From Naegleria gruberi (taxonomy: Eukaryota), in the NCBI GenBank assembly GCA_000004985.1, contig GG739561.1: DNA of 1,105 bases. One strand, 5' to 3'. The position numbers were made by a program, and so were the translations under genes. Position 1 is the stretch's first letter. Each line of letters starts with the position of its first letter. The notes below the pieces were generated by a model that worked only from the letters and a program-made list of their open reading frames with translations, was not told where the DNA came from and made no database searches. Shown piece after piece: positions 1-1,105 of the stretch.

Positions 1-134
1 TAGATGATGTTTTGGCGAGGTGAATGTAGTAATGGCTGGTGAGGAAGGAAGCAAAGGGAGAACTCTCCTCATGGTGGCTTCTCAAGGTAGCATGCTGAAG
101 GTGGGAATACCAACCAATATACCTATTTAGCAGG

Positions 135-156
135 GTGATGATGAATTCATGATGAG
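135..156. promoter_or_regulatory. Cluster of three TGATGA hexamers (136..141, 139..144, 150..155) around a perfect 10-bp palindrome ATGAATTCAT (141..150). Candidate protein-binding or RNA-motif site, function unknown.
   Basis: Direct reading of GTGATGATGAATTCATGATGAG. ATGAATTCAT is its own reverse complement. Confidence 0.25.
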
Positions 157-159
157 TAA

Positions 160-186
160 TTGTTGTTTGTTGTTTTTTTTTGTTGA
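160..186. repeat. T/G-rich low-complexity tract (tgttgtttgttgtttttttttt gttg) containing a T10 homopolymer (A10 on the minus strand).
   Basis: Direct reading. Poly(dA:dT) tracts of this length are known nucleosome-excluding elements in yeast intergenic DNA. Any role here is inference. Confidence 0.6.
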
Positions 187-229
187 ATATTTAACGGTCA
201 GAACAGACAACTTTCAGCGGTTTTTGGTT

Positions 230-314
230 GGCGCGAATTTACCGTGATGTAACATTTTTTAGCTCACCTCCCTCGGTCTATTGTTAAATAAATACTTTTT
301 TAATTTTTCTTAGA
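230..314 (-). terminator. Probable 3' UTR / polyadenylation region of the BTB gene (yeast-type A/U-rich elements).
   Basis: The minus strand immediately after the TAA reads TCTAAGAAAAATTAAAAAAGTATTTATTTAACAATAGACC...AAAAAATGTTACATCACGG. The A-rich AAGAAAAA/AAAAAAG stretch resembles a yeast positioning element. TATTTATTTAA and TGTTACATC resemble UA-rich efficiency elements (TATATA/TACATA family). This is an inference from known yeast 3'-end signal classes, and the cleavage site is not determinable from sequence. Confidence 0.35.
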
Positions 315-329
315 TTATTTCTTAGATTT
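306..329. repeat. 12-bp tandem direct repeat x2 (tttcttagatta / tttcttagattt, 11/12 identical) straddling the stop codon. Degenerate echoes (cttttcagcttt, cttttca) continue to about 348.
   Basis: Direct reading: 306..317 and 318..329. On the coding strand this spans the ...KSKK TAA end of the ORF and the first 9 nt of the 3' UTR. Confidence 0.7.
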
Positions 330-1105
330 CTTTTCAGCTTTCTTTTCATATAATTGTTTAATCTTAATTCTGGTCAGTTCTGGTAAATTCAAGAAACCAG
401 CAGCACCACGAAGCTTTTCGAAATTATTTAAAATGTAATGTTCACATTCAGATTCCAAAGTCTTGTCATTATAGAGCATGGCAATGTCAATAACAGACCA
501 AACAATAGAATCTTCCAAAAGTGAAACGACCATTCTTCTACAAACACTAGCCATATCAACCAAATCCAACATGATACAATAAACTAAAATACCAAGACAA
601 TTTCTTGGTGAAAGTCTAATAGTATCAGTGTACAAATAGCTCAAGACTTCAAGCATAACTTCAGTGGAATAATCGGTCAAGTGAACAACTCTTTCCTTTG
701 ATTCCATCATACCAGAAGTAACAAACATTCTTGAGAAGAATGGAGATCTTGACATGATTAATCTGTGAACTGCAATACCACCTGTTGGAACAGTATTTCT
801 AGTCAATGGTGACATGATTTCGTGTTCTAATTCAGCAGTAGCATCATTAGTTTCAAAGCTAGTTTCTGGAATTTCAAATGGTTCCTCTTCGAAAATTTCC
901 TCTGTTGGTCCTCCGACATGTTGAGCTACAGCATCACCTTGATCCAAAACAACAATCAAATCGCTGTATGAATGATCATTGATGAGAGTGGAGAAATCTT
1001 TGTGAATTTGAGATAGAACAAGCTTGGTAACTTCCAAATCCTTTTGTTCTTCCGCGGTACAAATCTTTACAATAGCTGGATAATGATTATCTGGTGATAT
1101 TGTCT
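315..1105 (-). CDS. BTB/POZ-domain protein, C-terminal portion (5'-partial; the N-terminus lies beyond position 1105). Stop codon TAA at 315..317.
   Basis: Seen in sequence: a 240-codon open frame plus 22 further in-frame sense codons upstream of the TTG at 1035..1037. These read TISPDNHYPAIVKICTAEEQKD then LEVTKL..., with no stop before the window edge. Codon usage is uniform and yeast-like (Arg=AGA x3 in HRLIMSRSPFFSRMF). The protein carries BTB hallmark motifs: DLIVVLD (strand B1), IAVHRLIMSRSPFFSRMF (the H-x-x-x-L-x-x-x-S-P-Y/F-F helix) and EVMLEVLSYLYTDTIRL (the LL-FiYTG motif). The product call rests on established knowledge of the Pfam BTB (PF00651) consensus, recalled from memory rather than searched. 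Confidence 0.85.
   Translation of the reverse strand, partial: TISPDNHYPAIVKICTAEEQKDLEVTKLVLSQIHKDFSTLINDHSYSDLIVVLDQGDAVAQHVGGPTEEIFEEEPFEIPETSFETNDATAELEHEIMSPLTRNTVPTGGIAVHRLIMSRSPFFSRMFVTSGMMESKERVVHLTDYSTEVMLEVLSYLYTDTIRLSPRNCLGILVYCIMLDLVDMASVCRRMVVSLLEDSIVWSVIDIAMLYNDKTLESECEHYILNNFEKLRGAAGFLNLPELTRIKIKQLYEKKAEKKSKK
345..515 (-). other. BACK-like / 3-box-like helical segment following the BTB domain (EDSIVWSVIDIAMLYNDKTLESECEHYILNNFEKLRGAAGFLNLPELTRIKIKQLYE), apparently truncated after the first helices.
   Basis: It resembles the start of the BACK domain consensus (...A..y....L...c..fi..nf..v.....F..L....l..ll..d.L). The protein ends about 10 residues later, so only a partial BACK-like region can be present. 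Confidence 0.45.
516..995 (-). other. BTB/POZ domain core (about residues F15..L174 of the displayed 240-aa translation).
   Basis: Alignment by eye to the BTB consensus: DvtlvVgdg...efkaHkavLaarSpyFkalf...ielddvspeafeallefiYtg...lleLLaaAd.l. All three conserved blocks are present in the right order and spacing apart from one loop insertion. Confidence 0.75.
777..932 (-). other. Acidic low-complexity insertion loop inside the BTB domain (AVAQHVGGPTEEIFEEEPFEIPETSFETNDATAELEHEIMSPLTRNTVPTGG), probably disordered.
   Basis: In canonical BTB domains strand B1 (DvtlvVgdg) is followed within a few residues by the ...efkaHkavLaarSpyF helix. Here about 50 residues rich in E/D/P/T lie between DLIVVLDQGD and IAVHRL. 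Confidence 0.6.

Noticed and set aside
32-130. Plus-strand 32-codon ORF (MAGEEGSKGRTLLMVASQGSMLKVGIPTNIPI*).
   Set aside because: It is too short and has no recognisable motif. The overlapping minus-strand frame is equally open (2..190) but has no ATG, which indicates chance openness in a GC-richer patch. It needs conservation or ribosome-profiling data before it could be called.
143-148. Cloning-vector origin suggested by restriction sites: EcoRI GAATTC at 143..148 and HindIII AAGCTT at 408..413 and 1020..1025.
   Set aside because: Six-cutter sites are expected several times per kb by chance in AT-rich DNA, and there is no flanking vector-like sequence.
135-156. Box C/D snoRNA anchored on the TGATGA (C-box-like) motifs.
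   Set aside because: There is no CUGA D box anywhere downstream on the plus strand. The only CTGA is at 95..98, upstream of the motif. The minus strand has CTGA-equivalents (plus tcag at 198..201 and 214..217) but no TCATCA-type C box in the right place. No terminal stem is evident. I report it only as a motif cluster.
1-190. Minus-strand open frame running from 190 down to the window edge, with no stops.
   Set aside because: It contains no ATG in frame. The translation is His-rich and low-complexity (…HHEFIITLLNRYIGWYSHLQHATLRSHHEESSPF…), and part of it crosses the T/G-rich simple tract. It looks non-coding.
280-310. ARS consensus sequence (WTTTAYRTTTW) in ttgttaaataaatacttttttaattttt.
   Set aside because: Only partial matches (about 9/11) in either orientation. 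AT-rich yeast intergenic DNA produces these by chance.
315-1037. Accepting the ORF-track boundaries (start at 1037, 240 aa) as the complete gene.
   Set aside because: The first codon is TTG, and the frame is open for every codon up to the window edge at 1105. The 1037 boundary comes from alternative-start ORF calling, not from biology.
1-1105. Prokaryotic features (CRISPR repeats, defense-system operon, RBS-led gene arrays), tRNA genes, Ty/LTR fragments.
   Set aside because: There is no repeat-spacer periodicity. Single-gene eukaryotic codon usage and architecture. No GGTTCGAAT-type T-loop or cloverleaf candidates. A chance 'tgttggaa' at 783..790 lies inside coding sequence and does not extend into any Ty delta match.

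Overview
This window looks like budding-yeast-type (Saccharomycetales-like) nuclear DNA and contains no prokaryotic system. The basis is AT-rich sequence (about 36% GC), codon usage dominated by AGA Arg, TTG Leu, GGT Gly, CCA Pro and GAA Glu, and yeast-style A/U-rich 3'-end signals. Nearly everything in it belongs to one minus-strand protein-coding gene (315..1105) that the window edge cuts at its 5' end. Its C-terminal ~230 residues form a BTB/POZ domain with an unusual ~50-aa acidic insertion, followed by a short BACK-like helical segment and a Lys-rich tail. The ORF track's start at 1037 is a TTG codon and an artefact: the frame stays open for 22 more sense codons to position 1105, so the true N-terminus lies outside the window. 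Positions 1..314 are the 3' flank or intergenic region of this gene. It holds plausible yeast polyadenylation elements, a T/G-rich tract with a T10 homopolymer, a cluster of three TGATGA motifs around a perfect 10-bp palindrome, and a noticeably GC-richer block (1..~130). I found no convincing second gene and no RNA gene, transposon or CRISPR array. The window is mostly one ordinary eukaryotic gene; the points worth a second look are the BTB architecture (C-terminal position, acidic loop insertion), a 12-bp tandem duplication spanning the stop codon, and the TGATGA/palindrome cluster.
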